From positions 40,935 to 85,522 of the forward strand of contig RQSC01000010.1 in assembly GCA_013416795.1 (NCBI GenBank): a stretch of 44,588 bases of DNA, written 5' to 3'. Made by a program: the position numbers and the translations under genes. This document shows, one piece after another, positions 21,401 to 32,577 of the stretch; the stretch's first letter is position 1, and every line of letters begins with the position of its first letter. Origin of the DNA: Prasinococcaceae sp. CCMP 1430 (lineage: Eukaryota > Plantae > Prasinodermophyta). The notes beneath the pieces are model-generated. The model had not been told where the DNA came from. It made no database searches and worked only from the letters and a program-made list of their open reading frames with translations.

Positions 21401-22032
21401 TGCACGTAACCACGGTGGACAACAGGTCGCGCGCGGTCTCCAACTCGTCGTCCGAACGCGGCCATGTTGCGCCCATGAGCGTGTCTGCGGCGGTCAGTGC
21501 CCTGAATTCCTCAGCCGCGGACGGTGCCCCCCCGTCCTCGGCGTCAGACATGTGGGCAAGCTGCTACTCAGAGCGCGCGAACGCGCCCCGTAGCACAGTG
21601 CACGCGCTCACGCGTGCCCCGTCTTACACGATAACCCTCTCGCGCACGAGAGGGGAGTGTTCACCGTGGGTGACTCTCGCGTGCCTAAGCACGCGGAGCT
21701 GCTGTTGCGCGCGCAGCGCGCAAAGCAGCAAGAGTGGCATGCCCCCGAAAACGGATCCCGCGCGGATCACGCGCGCTGGGGGAACCGTCCCTATCAAAAC
21801 GCATGGGGGCGTGCGCAGCTGGGTGCTAATCTACAAACTCGGTGTAGCCAAAATGCCCAACCACGCGTGTACAGTACTGTAACCCTAACGTGTGTGGGAA
21901 CCTCGGCGCCGGCCGGCGCCTGCGCGCGAAGCGGCGCGCGCGAAGTGGCGCGGCACACCGCGCGGGCGCCGCGGCGCGGCTGTGGCGGAGGGAGCCAACC
22001 GCGGGGGAGGGGGGGGGGGGGCGAGCGGAGGC

Positions 22033-23460
22033 ATGGACGCGTGGTTGCCGTATCGCCTGCCCAAGCCCGAGACGGTGAAACTGCGGCTGTTCTGCTTCCA
22101 CTGGTGCGTGCGGCGAGGGCGCGCACCGCGCGCGCACGCGCAGCGGCGCCCGGGCGTGGCGCCCGCCAGTGCGCCGAGCGCACGGGGCGCACGCTGACGG
22201 CACGTGTGCGCGGGCGTGTGGGGCGCAGGGAGGGAGCATCCGCGTCATACTTCTGCGACTGGGAGGCCAAGGTAGGTGAGAGCATTGAACTGTGCGCTGT
22301 GCAGCTGCCTGGCCGTGAGGCGCGCCGGCACGAGCAACCGAGCCCGACGCTGCAGGATGCGGCATACGAGCTCGTCGCAGCGTGCGCCGAGCTCTTCGAG
22401 GATCCGGCCGTTTCGTACGCGTTCTTCGGCCACTCGATGGGATCTTGGCTGGCGTACGAGGTGTGTCGGGAGCTGCGCCGTTGCAGGCTGCGCGACCCCG
22501 CGCTGCTGGTCGTGTCAGACTTCCCCGCGCCGCAAACACCTGAGGAGGAGCGCCCCTGGGATGGCTCCAACGCCGAGATGGCCGAGCTGGACTTCCAGCA
22601 GGAATGCCGCGACTGGGGACTGCCAGAGGCACTCTTCTTGCCCGAAACATGGAACATCTTCGCAGAGATGCTGCGCCGTGACTTTGAGCTGTTTGATTCC
22701 TACGTGTTCGAGCCCCTGCCAAGGAACGAGGCCGACGAAGCAGGTGAGCATGCGCATAGCCGCGCGGCCGCCCGCGCTTGGGCGATGGGTCACGCTGATC
22801 TGACACTATGGCGCGCCCGGGCTTGCCGAGCAGAGGGCGAGGACGACGGGGTCGACGGCGGAGGCTGTCTGGGGTGCCCTATTGCCACTTTCATTTCGGA
22901 GATCGACCCGAAAGTTGGGCCGAAGGGAGGCGCGCCCGCACTCATGGAGGAGTGGGCGAACTTGTCAAGGCGACGCAACATGTCGGTGGACGTCTTCCCG
23001 GGCGACCACTACTACCTCGGTGCGTGCGCTCACGCGCTCTTGCTCGCGCTCGCATGGAATGGCGCCGCTGACGAGCAGCCCTGTCGCCATCATCGCGTCG
23101 TGTTGTGGTGCCGATGGCTCCGAACTAAATGCCGGTGGTCGACCTCCCTCCTTCCCTTCCCTCCCCCCAAAAAACTCTCTCAACAACTGCAGTCGACGTC
23201 AAAGTCAAGGTACGTGACGGTCCGCCGACGCTGATGGCACAGCACACCCATTCAGCTTTGCGTTTGCGTGCGCTGCCTCCGCGCGCCTGCGTTTTGTCCC
23301 AAAGCCCTCCCAGCTCTCTCGCGCGTGGTTCATGTATGCATAGCGCTGACAGCACTCGCTCGACCTGCTGTCTCGGCGCGAGTCGAAACAGCCCGTCGTA
23401 CGCAAAATCGTCAACCGCCGCTGCAGGGAAATCGTGGACCTGTTGGACATCGACATCTGA
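22033..23460 (+). CDS. Type II thioesterase (GrsT/RifR-like alpha/beta hydrolase), multi-exon; 3' exons uncertain
   Basis: LRLFCFHW, VQLPGRE, nucleophile FFGHSMG, LRRDF and catalytic His region FPGDHYYL. GT-AG introns near 22105 and 22744. Confidence 0.82.
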
Positions 23461-23580
23461 CAGGAGCCGGGGTAGGACATAGACGACCGATCACTCATTC
23501 TCATAATAATGCGCTCAGCGTCGCTTGCCGCACTTCCAATGCAGGGGTCTGAACATGTGCAATCATTACCGCGCCAATCC

Positions 23581-26500
23581 TCACTTGAGCTTGTCCACGA
23601 ACGCTTGCGTATCGATCTCCTCGTCGTACTCGTGTTGCTCCCACATGGCTTCGAGCTCTCCAAGCATTGCCTGCATGCCTTTGCCGCTCTTCGACCCACG
23701 ACGAGGCGCTGCCTCGGCGAGCTGCGCGTCGCTTGCGCCGGCCGCCGCACCGCCGCCCGTGGGGTTCCCCGTGCCCTCGATTGAGAAAAGGTCAAGCAGC
23801 TGGCCGGTGTCCATCGAGCGCATGGACGCGTTGTCCGCGTTCACCACAGCGTCGGCGACATGCTTCTTGAAGCGCTGGATGCCCATGATGCGCTCCTCCA
23901 GCGTGCGGCGGGTCACCAGGCGGTAAACGCTCACGCTACGCTTCTGGCCAAGTCGATGCGCGCGGTCCATCGCCTGCATGTCGCGCATGGGGTTCCAGTC
24001 GTGCTCCAGGAATATGACCGTGTCCGCCGAGGTAAGGTTAAGCCCCAGCCCGCCCACAGACGTGCTCAGCAGCAGCACGTCGATCGATGGATCGGCGTTG
24101 AAACGCCGCGCCACGCCAAAGCGTTCTTTGGGCGCAACGGTGCCATCCAGCCGCAACCACTGCACGCCTGGGAGAGCGCCCGACTGGAAGAGGTCCTTCT
24201 CCACAAGCTCGAGCGTTGCCTTGAGCTGCGCGAAGACCAGCACACGGTGGCGGGCGCCGCCCGCGGCGCTCTCAGCGCCGTCGGTGCTGTCGGCGGACCC
24301 AGACTCGCCCGCGCCGCCGTCTGTCGGCAGCGAGCCGATCCCACACTGCCTCAGCAAGTCCGCCAGGGCCAGCAGCTTCGGCGCATGGCGCAGGCCGTCC
24401 CTACCGCGCAGTGATTGACCACCGAGGGCGTCCCGGTGAGCGCCCACGTTCTCATCGTACACGAGCGCAGGGTGTGTGCACAGCTTGCGCACATACTGGA
24501 TGGCCTGGAAGACATGCGCGCCTGCCTTCTCGCCCTCGCCCTCGACCGCGTCGCCAAGGGTGGCGTCCTTGCCGACGGCATCGTACATCGCTACTTGCAG
24601 CGGGGAGCAGTCCACATACACATCCTGGATAATCTTGGGGGGCAGGTCCGTGAGGACCTCGTCCTTCGTCCGGCGCATGACGAACGGCATGACCTGCTTG
24701 TGCAGCTTCGCGAGCGCCTGTGCACCAGCCTCTTCATCGCCTGAATTCTTGGGGTCCCTGCTCGCCATGATGGGCTTGCCAAATCGCTGGTGGAATTGCG
24801 CGTGGGAGCCCAGGAAACCTGGCATGAGGAAGTCAAAGAGGCTCCACATCTCGTGCGCGCGGTTCTGGATGGGCGTGCCGCTCAGCAGGAGGCGATGGCG
24901 TGCGCGCTGACCCACGGCCTTGGCCGCGATCGCCATTTTGGATTTGTGATTGCGGATGGCGTGGCCCTCGTCAAGAACGACGTAATCCCACTCGAGCGCT
25001 GAGAGCGCCTCGGCGTCCGCGCGCATGGAGTCGTAGCTCGTCACCACCACCGTTGCCGACGTGACGGAGCGCATGAGCGCGGCGCGCTCGCGCGCGGCAC
25101 CGGCTAGCTCCAGCGGCGTAAGCAACGCGCCAGGTGTGCCGCGCTTCATGCCCAACGCTGCCTCCAGCTCCGCAGCCCAGTGCCCAACGAGCGTAGGCGG
25201 GCAGACCACCAGGCTCGGCCGAGGCCCCAACGTTGCCGGACCGCCCTCGCTCTCTTGAGCCCTCGCGGCAGACGCGGACGAGGCAAGGCAGCATATTGTC
25301 TGGATGGTCTTGCCCAATCCCATGTCATCAGCAAGCACTCCGTGCAGGCCAAAGCGCGCAAGGAAGGACAGCCAATTCACGCCATCCTGCTGGTACGACC
25401 GAAGCTTGAAGCCCTTGAGCTCGAATGGCAGCGGCGCGTCCTCGATGGAGCTGTTGTCGAGCAGCTGCTCGAGCACGCGGCTCTCCTCGCTCGCGCGCGA
25501 CACAACGTCCGCCGGCACGCCAGCAGGGGCGGGGGCGCCGCGCGCGATGGCCAGCAGCGGCGCCAGCTCGCTGAAGGCGTCGCCTGCGAGCTCACGCACG
25601 TCCTCGTCCGGGTCGCTCATGCGCTTAAGCACGGGCACAAGCAGCAGCGGCACGTGTGGAACGGCGTCCTTGCCGAGAGCCCGCACAACTGCCGCCACTG
25701 CGGCAGCCGCCCCGCGACGTGCAACTGCGTCGCCAGCGTCGCCGAGGATCGCTGCTAGCTTCAGGTGCACCTCGGCCATCGTGTAGTTGCGCAGGGCCCC
25801 GCAGGCAGCAGTGCTTGCCAAGTAGCGGATGGCCTCGCTGCGGATGGGTGCAATCGGGTGACTGACGCACGCCATTGCGGCGGAGATCAGTGGATGCGCA
25901 TGCGCCACGTGAAGGCATTCGGGCAGGGCGGGCGCGCACACGCCCGCCATGTGGAAGGCGTTGGCATACGAGAGCGCCGCGGCGTCCGGAAGACTCCGTC
26001 CAGGCGGCGCTTTGACAGGCATGCTGATAGACTTCCACAGCAGCGGCAGCTCGTCGAAGACGCTCGAGCCCAGAGCACGCACGAGGGCACGCAGCGCCTC
26101 CTCGCCGCCCAGGGACGCAGACGACGGGCCGGCGGTCGCCGCACTCGCACCGACATCGGCGCACGACACCTGTCCGAGCTTGATCATGAGCTTCATGCCC
26201 ACGGGCTTGGGCACGCCAGCGAGCTGGCGCGAACCACAAATGACGAGCGCTGCAAGGGCGTCCGCGGTGGTCTCGCGCTGCTCAGTGTTCGTGGCGCACG
26301 TTAGCCATGACATTAGCGGCACCTGCAGCGCCACGCCGTCGAGTGCGAGCTCCCCTGCACCAGCACCAGCTGCACCATGCGCGCCGCCGGCGAGCAACGC
26401 GGCAGCGCACGCCGCCAACACGCCCGTGTGGGCGCTGTGCTGCTGCGCGGTGAGATCTGCGATGACGCCCTTCAGCTTGGCGGCCACCGCCTTGGCGTCG

Positions 26501-29138
26501 CGGAGGGCACTAATCTGCCCCATGGTCATCGTGGCGGTCTCTTTTCTGGTGTCCAGCATGGCAGCAGCACCGTCGCTCAGCTGTGTGGCGGTCGGTACAT
26601 CGATCGTCTCTGCTTTCACAGCGTCGGAAAATTGCAAGCCGGCGCGTGGGCCAGCCGTGAGGAGCGCTCCCACCGAGCCCCTGAAGCGTGCCAATGGCGC
26701 CACCAGCTCGGCGTAGGGCCGCGTACCGTTTCCAGCGGGACACGTGCTCGACACGGGAATCGAGACGATCGCTTTGAGGCGTTCAACAAAGCCATCAGAG
26801 AGGCGAAACCGCGCGCGAGCCCCGTCCGTCGTGGTGGCACCATCCGCGATGCCAGCTCGAAGAGCCTTCGCAAGCACCAACGCGGTGGCTTGGCGCATCG
26901 CTGCCAGCGGCGAGTCGAGCCCCTCCGTGAGCGCTGCATGTGCTGCATCAGAGCACGTTCCCACTAGCGCGAGCGCCTCGCCGATGAGACGCGTCGCGCC
27001 CATGAGCATTGACATGCTCGCACGTTGCCCTTCCTCGCCGAGCGGCACAAGCGAGCCCACGGGGCCACCGAGGCTCGGCTCGAGTGGCAAGGGGGCACCA
27101 GGCGGTACAGACGCGAGCTGCAATAGCGTTGGCAGACGCGCGCTCGCAGCGGCATCGAGCGCACCCGCGCGCGCCCCGATTGCCGCGATATGCCTCCACG
27201 CACCGCGCAGGGCGTCCTGCACTGACGCAGATGGGTGCGTCCTGCAGCACTCGCACAGCAATGCCTGCAAACAAGACTGCAGCGCGTCGGCCAGAGCCGC
27301 CCCTTCGCCGCTCCGCAGCCACGATAGTTCGCCCTCTGCCTCAGATGCCGCCACGACGGTCTGCAGGCATTGCGCCGCCTGCTCGCGAACGCTCGACGCG
27401 ACGTGATGCAAAAAAGGCCGAAGGGACGCAACAGATACAACGAGGCCATCCTCGCCGCTGCCGAGTGCTGCGAGCGCCCCCGTTTTCGAGTAGAGCACCC
27501 GCAGCAGTTGCAGTACTGGAAGAGCACACGATGCCAGCTCGTCGATCTCCTCCAGCATTGCCCACAGCCTAGCAGCGAGCGACGCGCGCGCTTCGCCGAG
27601 TAACGCCACGCTGTCGGTAGCCGCGATCGCAAGTAGCGCCTCCGCCGCGGCGGCCTGCACGTCGTCGTGATCATCGTCGAGCGCCGACATCGCCGATGGA
27701 ACCACGGCGGCGTACACGCTATCGCACCACACGCGGTCGTCGGAGGCGCCAGCTGCTGCGATGAGGTACTTCAGCCCGAGCATCGCCGCGTGCCGCACCT
27801 TCCAATCCGGAGCAGCATGCAGCACAGCGAGCCGACGCGTGGCGCTCAACACGTCGGCAGGCGCCACTGCCCGGAGGCCGTGCGCGACGGCGCCGAGAGC
27901 CTGCGCCGCCGCCTCTCGCACGGGCGCCATCAGCCGATCGCCGGCCATGTCGACGAAGCGGTCGAGCGCGAGCACGCACAGCAGCCTGCATGCGGTGTCT
28001 TGCAGCCACGCGCGGTTAGCACTGCACGCTGCAGCTGCGTCCTCCGACGATAGCATCTCGCCTGGCGGCGGCGCATCGACGTGCGCGCTGACTGCCTGCG
28101 CACTCAGCAGATCGCGAAGGGCCGATGCCGCACCGTGGCGATGCGTCCATGACGGATGGAAGAGCTTGTCGACGAGCGTGTCGGCGAACTCGGTGAATGG
28201 CCATGCCTTGCCATCCGCCGCCGCGGCGGACGGATCCTCGACGTCGATTGCCGCGGCAGCAGCATCTGCGTTTGCTGCTGCCGCAGCCGGCCCCGCACCC
28301 CCGCTCGCTGAGCACTGCTGTTTGGGCTCAACCCGCTGCCGTTTCGCCGTGGGCTGGTTGCCGCTGACGCGCCCCGCCGCCTTGGCAGCCTTCCTCTTGG
28401 CCATGATGCGTTCGCGGGCGCTCATTTTCTTGCCTGCGGGCACGGCGGCCCCAGAGGTGGCGGGCACCTCCGTCTTGACAGGGACCGCCTTTTTGGTGGC
28501 GAGGGAGTCCACGAGGTTTCCAGCAGCAACGCGGCCATCGTCGCCGGGCCGGCGCACCGGCATGCTCGCGACGTCGAGGTCTTCGTCTGCGATGATGTCA
28601 TCACGCACTGTGTGCTGCTCCACCTTCGCCTTGGCGGTGCCACGAAGCTCTGATACCTTGCCGTCGCCCTCGGCGTTGTTGTCCAGGCCAAGTTGGCGTC
28701 GCAGCTCCCTGCGCGCCTCGCGCAGGCGTGCGTCCTTGGGTTTGGATGTGTCGATCGCGAGCTCGAACTCGATGCCGGTCGACGCAAGCAGCTCCTGCCC
28801 ACGCTCCAGGACGGTGGTCAGATCCAGGCTGCGAAGCGTGAGGTACCCCTCGGCCTCGGCGGCGGCGTCCCCCGCCGCCGCGCTCGCCTCGGGCACGCCG
28901 CCAGGGCACAGCGTTGCAGCAGCAGGCCGCGCGGCAGCGCTGCGCTCGACGCGAGGTAGGGAAGGAGACGCGCGACCAGCGCCGCTGCCGCAGCGCCGCC
29001 GCCCGCCGCGAGCTCCCCGAGCTGCGCTGCCGCCGTGCGTCGCGCGTACTTTGTCCTGCCCGTCTCGAGCAGCGCCAGCAGACGCTCCAGGCGGCTCCCC
29101 GCGCCGCCGCCGCCGCCGCTGCCGGCCGCGCCCGCCAT
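23581..29138 (-). CDS. BTAF1: SNF2-family TBP-associated ATPase BTAF1/MOT1 (apparent frameshift near 28950)
   Basis: N-terminal SRLERLLALLETG..TAAAQLGE and WTHRHGAA, HEAT region, DDMGLGKTIQT, DEGH, LSGTPIQN, FLGS, MRRTKDEVLTDLPPK and QAMDRAHRLGQKRSV. Confidence 0.93.
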
Positions 29139-29641
29139 CGCAGCCGCGTCGTGGAAGGGAGTCTTGCGAAGGCTTGCACGCTTGCGCCGGGGCCCGTCCG
29201 TCGGGCCCCCGCCCTCTGCGCCGGCCCTAGCCGCGAGCGTGGTTGCGCGGGGCACGCGCGCTCTGGCGCTCTCTGCGCGGGGCCCGCACGCGGCGCCCCC
29301 GATATTCTGAATGCAGACCCTAACATCTGAATCACCCCCAAAATCGAAACCGAAATCCTAAAAGATGAAACGGTTCCGCACAAACTGCGATCCCCCCCGC
29401 TGAAGCGCTGGTCCCACAGGGCGCGCGGGCGCCTCCCTCCCCCCCCCCCCTTCCCTTCCCCGCCCCGTCCCTGCGTGCGCGGCAGCCAGCCAGAAGGACC
29501 CCTCGCCCCTGCCGCCGGGCGCTGCGCCGCGCGCCCCACGCCGGCCTGCGTGCCGGGAGGCTGTCGGGGCCGCCCCAGTACGCGCCAAACAAACGAGCAG
29601 TCGCGACTTGCCGCGGTCGCTGGACGGACCACGAGACGGGC

Positions 29642-31765
29642 ATGCACGGGCACCGTGCGGGCCCACCGCACCGGCAGCCGAAGGCGCTAGTCACTTGCTT
29701 TGCCGCGGTGCTGGCCGCCTTGGCGGCGCTTCTGACGGCGTTGCCGGCGGCCATTCCATCAATTCGGGTGTTGGTCGACATAGTCCGCGCGTCAGGCCAC
29801 CACTCGGTGAATGACTACAGCTATGTCGACGAGGACGTTCGGAAGCGCATGCTTCGTTTCATGGGCCTCTACGCGGTACCCGCGGCGCTGGGCGCCACGC
29901 TGGGCGCCGTTGCACTGGGCCTGACGCGCGCAGGGGGGGGAGGGCGATGGCGTGCGCGAACAGTAGCGGGTGTGTTCGTCCTACTCGCGGTGGCCTATAT
30001 TCCACTGAGCGTGGTGTATCAATGCAATTATCGCGCATGCGACGGTTGGCTCGACACACAAAAATGGGTGGCATTTTTCTTGGGCATAGGCGGCTCGATA
30101 GCACTCGGCGGCGCGTTGCTGCTGGCCGTCGCCCCCTCGCCGGCCATTCTGGCGGTCAAGCTGCCGATGGCGGGCGCGATTGGTGCGCACGCCCTCGTCG
30201 GCCGCGCGGCCTTTATCGGCATCGCCGCACACGGCATCTTGTATTTTTTGACGTGGCTAGGCGAAGGTGGGCTTCCGAAGCTCTGGTCGGAAGCGACGGA
30301 CTGGCCGAGTCATGGCATCGCCAACTTACCCGGCGCCCTCTCGCTCGCGTTCGCATCGTTGCTGGCGGTGACGTCGCGTGCGTACGTGCGGAGAGCGCTG
30401 TACTCTGTTTTCTACACGGGACACATCATCGGCACTTTGGGCTTCTACGTCTTTGGCGTCATGCACACGAGCGCCGTGTACTACTATTGCGCACCCGCCA
30501 GCGTGCTGTGGGCTGCAGAGCTCGCGCGGCGTAGCTTGAGGCTCCGCAGTGCCGCAAACGTCACTTTGCTCGGCGACGGGCTGGCGAGGGTGGAGCTGAA
30601 GCCCCCAGCAAATTCAAAGCTGGCCTCGTTGCGGGCGGCAGGATGCGCTCACGCGCATGCCAACTTGTCGAACGATGCTGCCAACGTTTGCTGCTGCACT
30701 ATGGCGGCCCGCTCGCATCCCTATTCTGTCATCGAGTGCGCCGACGGCAGGCTGGTAGCGTACGTCCGGGCGGTAGGCGTCTGGAGCGAGGCGCTCGTCT
30801 CGGTGGCGGGAATGTCAGCGGAGGGGGCTGAGGTGCCCTTGGTGTTCGACGGGCTGCACGACACCACGTCATGCAACGCCACAGGCGTCAACGAAAACCA
30901 CGCGGCGCGTGGCGAGGAGTTACTGCTCGTCGGAGGCGGGACTGGCGTGGTGCCGCTGCTAGCGTACCTTTACAACAGCTGCGCGCGTCCCCGGGAGGAT
31001 TTCAGGCCAACCCAATGCGTGCACCTGGTGGTGGCGGCACGCTGCGTCGCCGATGTGGAAATGCTCGAGGCGCTGCCAGCCGATGTCGAAGCCGAGGTCA
31101 CCGTCTACCACGCGACGGGAGACGCAAACAGCGCCGAAGTGCATCAGCGCGCCGAGGCAGCGCTAGCCCGGCGCGGACCAGGCGTCGCCTCCGCTGCGAA
31201 CGCTTCAGCCAGCGCCACGGCGCTTGCAGTCTGCACCCACGCCTTCGCGCTGCTCGGTTTGATGCTCGGCTTCAGGGCGTCTTTTGAGCTGCCGCGTATG
31301 GCGGAATGGGCCCGAGCACTAGCAGCGGCGATGCTGCTCAACGGTGGCGCTGTCGCCTTCGCTGTCACCGCTGCGCACATGTGCGTGTGGCTCCATGGTC
31401 TTTTCCACGGCCGCAGAGGGCATAGTGCTGGCTGGTGGCGGTCCAAGTCACATTATCGCGCGCTCGACGGACAGGTAGGACTCAGCTCGCTAGGATCGGA
31501 ATCATTGGGGGACGAGGAGATCGGCACGATGGCGGAACAGGAATCGGCAGCCCCTTCGCCCGCCCCCTGCATCCTCAGCGTCGTCGCCGGCAGGGCAAAC
31601 ATTCCGGCCATTGTGAAGGCTTTCTCGGACAGCGCCGCGCAGCGAGGCGCCAAGGGGCGGGTCGTTTGCGGAGGGGGCGACTCGCTCGTGGCCGCAGTGG
31701 CCGCAGCAGCGGCGTTCTGCGGTGTAGAGTCCAGCGAGGCCGTGGTGAGGCTACACACCGTCTGA
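29642..31765 (+). CDS. Ferric reductase-like transmembrane flavoprotein (FRO type); start uncertain
   Basis: Heme His pairs (HALVG..AHGILY; HIIG..VMH), FAD motif SHPYSV and NADPH motif LLVGGGTGVVP. Extra hydrophobic helices follow the NADPH motif, as in plant FROs. Confidence 0.78.
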   Translation: MHGHRAGPPHRQPKALVTCFAAVLAALAALLTALPAAIPSIRVLVDIVRASGHHSVNDYSYVDEDVRKRMLRFMGLYAVPAALGATLGAVALGLTRAGGGGRWRARTVAGVFVLLAVAYIPLSVVYQCNYRACDGWLDTQKWVAFFLGIGGSIALGGALLLAVAPSPAILAVKLPMAGAIGAHALVGRAAFIGIAAHGILYFLTWLGEGGLPKLWSEATDWPSHGIANLPGALSLAFASLLAVTSRAYVRRALYSVFYTGHIIGTLGFYVFGVMHTSAVYYYCAPASVLWAAELARRSLRLRSAANVTLLGDGLARVELKPPANSKLASLRAAGCAHAHANLSNDAANVCCCTMAARSHPYSVIECADGRLVAYVRAVGVWSEALVSVAGMSAEGAEVPLVFDGLHDTTSCNATGVNENHAARGEELLLVGGGTGVVPLLAYLYNSCARPREDFRPTQCVHLVVAARCVADVEMLEALPADVEAEVTVYHATGDANSAEVHQRAEAALARRGPGVASAANASASATALAVCTHAFALLGLMLGFRASFELPRMAEWARALAAAMLLNGGAVAFAVTAAHMCVWLHGLFHGRRGHSAGWWRSKSHYRALDGQVGLSSLGSESLGDEEIGTMAEQESAAPSPAPCILSVVAGRANIPAIVKAFSDSAAQRGAKGRVVCGGGDSLVAAVAAAAAFCGVESSEAVVRLHTV

Positions 31766-31893
31766 GTTGCGCCCCGTGATTAATTCGTACTAGTGACTAT
31801 CGTTTGGTGAGTGTGTTGGGTGGTGTCGACCACAAATGCCCTCACGTAGGGTCTGATTTAGGGTCGATTCTTACTAGGGTCTCATAGCACTAG

Positions 31894-32577
31894 ATGGGAA
31901 AAGCGCGGGCGACCGACCGACCCCACGGATCGCGTGGCGTGGGTGCGCCACACGCGCGCCACCGCGCATGCGTGGCCTGCCCCTGCGGCGGGCGGGCCAG
32001 CCGCTGTGATGCTGCGCCCGGGCGCGGCGGTACGGCGCGGCACGAGGCCGCCGCGTTGGCGGTGGAGGCGGGCGGGCGCGCAAGCGCGGGCGCGGCAACG
32101 TATGCCGTCGGGCTCGCAGCGCGCGCGAGAGACGCGATGGGCACGCCGACGTCGGCCGAAGCGCTTGTCGCGGAGGGGGACGCCGTGGAGGAGGGCGCGC
32201 CGCTGGCGCTCATCCGCTGGAGTGGGGTGGTGGACAGCGCAAGCGACGAGCTCTATCACTCGCGTTGGGACGTGGTCGACGGCGAGACGGTTGTGCGCGC
32301 GCCATTCGCCGGCGTCGCTGAAACGCTCAACTCTGAGCTGCTGAACGCGCCGAAGCGTCTCGATGAGCTCGCCGAGGGTTCGGAGGGCGGCTGCAGCATG
32401 GCTGAGGGCGAGGATGTCCCCGACGATGCCTGGCTCCTCGTCGTGCGCTCCAGCCCCGCGGCCGTCGAGGCCGCGCTGCGCACGGGCTCCGCGCTGTGCG
32501 CTGCGGACTATGCCGACATGCTGCGCCTCGCCGACGCCGATGCCGAGGCCGACGAGGGGCGGCACCCGAGCTATTAA
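31894..32577 (+). CDS. Glycine cleavage H-protein-like fold, lacking the lipoyl lysine; start uncertain
   Basis: RHE..TYAVGLAARARDAMG..EGDAV..APFAG...LNSELLNAPKRL..AWLLVV..ADY aligns by eye with GcvH HEW..TVGI..AQ..LG..G...SP.SG.V..N..L...P..N...GWL......Y. Confidence 0.6.
   Translation: MGKARATDRPHGSRGVGAPHARHRACVACPCGGRASRCDAAPGRGGTARHEAAALAVEAGGRASAGAATYAVGLAARARDAMGTPTSAEALVAEGDAVEEGAPLALIRWSGVVDSASDELYHSRWDVVDGETVVRAPFAGVAETLNSELLNAPKRLDELAEGSEGGCSMAEGEDVPDDAWLLVVRSSPAAVEAALRTGSALCAADYADMLRLADADAEADEGRHPSY

Larger units (their letters stand above)
17123..21866. repeat. 1527-bp tandem repeat, ~3.1 near-identical copies
   Basis: Identical ORFs recur at +1527 and +3054. Two substitutions were noticed (21559 A vs G; 21740 T vs C); the comparison was not exhaustive. 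Confidence 0.97.
17008..21871 (-). mobile_element. Non-autonomous tyrosine-recombinase (DIRS/PAT/Ngaro-like) element with split direct repeats, tandem trimer
   Basis: 163-bp repeat A at 17123-17285, 18650-18812, 20177-20339 and 21704-21866. 25-bp repeat B at 17007-17031, 17286-17310, 18813-18837 and 20340-20364. Each unit carries a YR C-terminal remnant. A TGTA core occurs at both borders. Confidence 0.78.

Noticed and set aside
21881-21888. AACCCTAA as a telomere or healed break
   Set aside because: Single copy, with no tandem array.
14850-31765. Metal-homeostasis cluster (CobW plus ferric reductase)
   Set aside because: The genes are ~13 kb apart with unrelated genes between them; no shared motif was seen.
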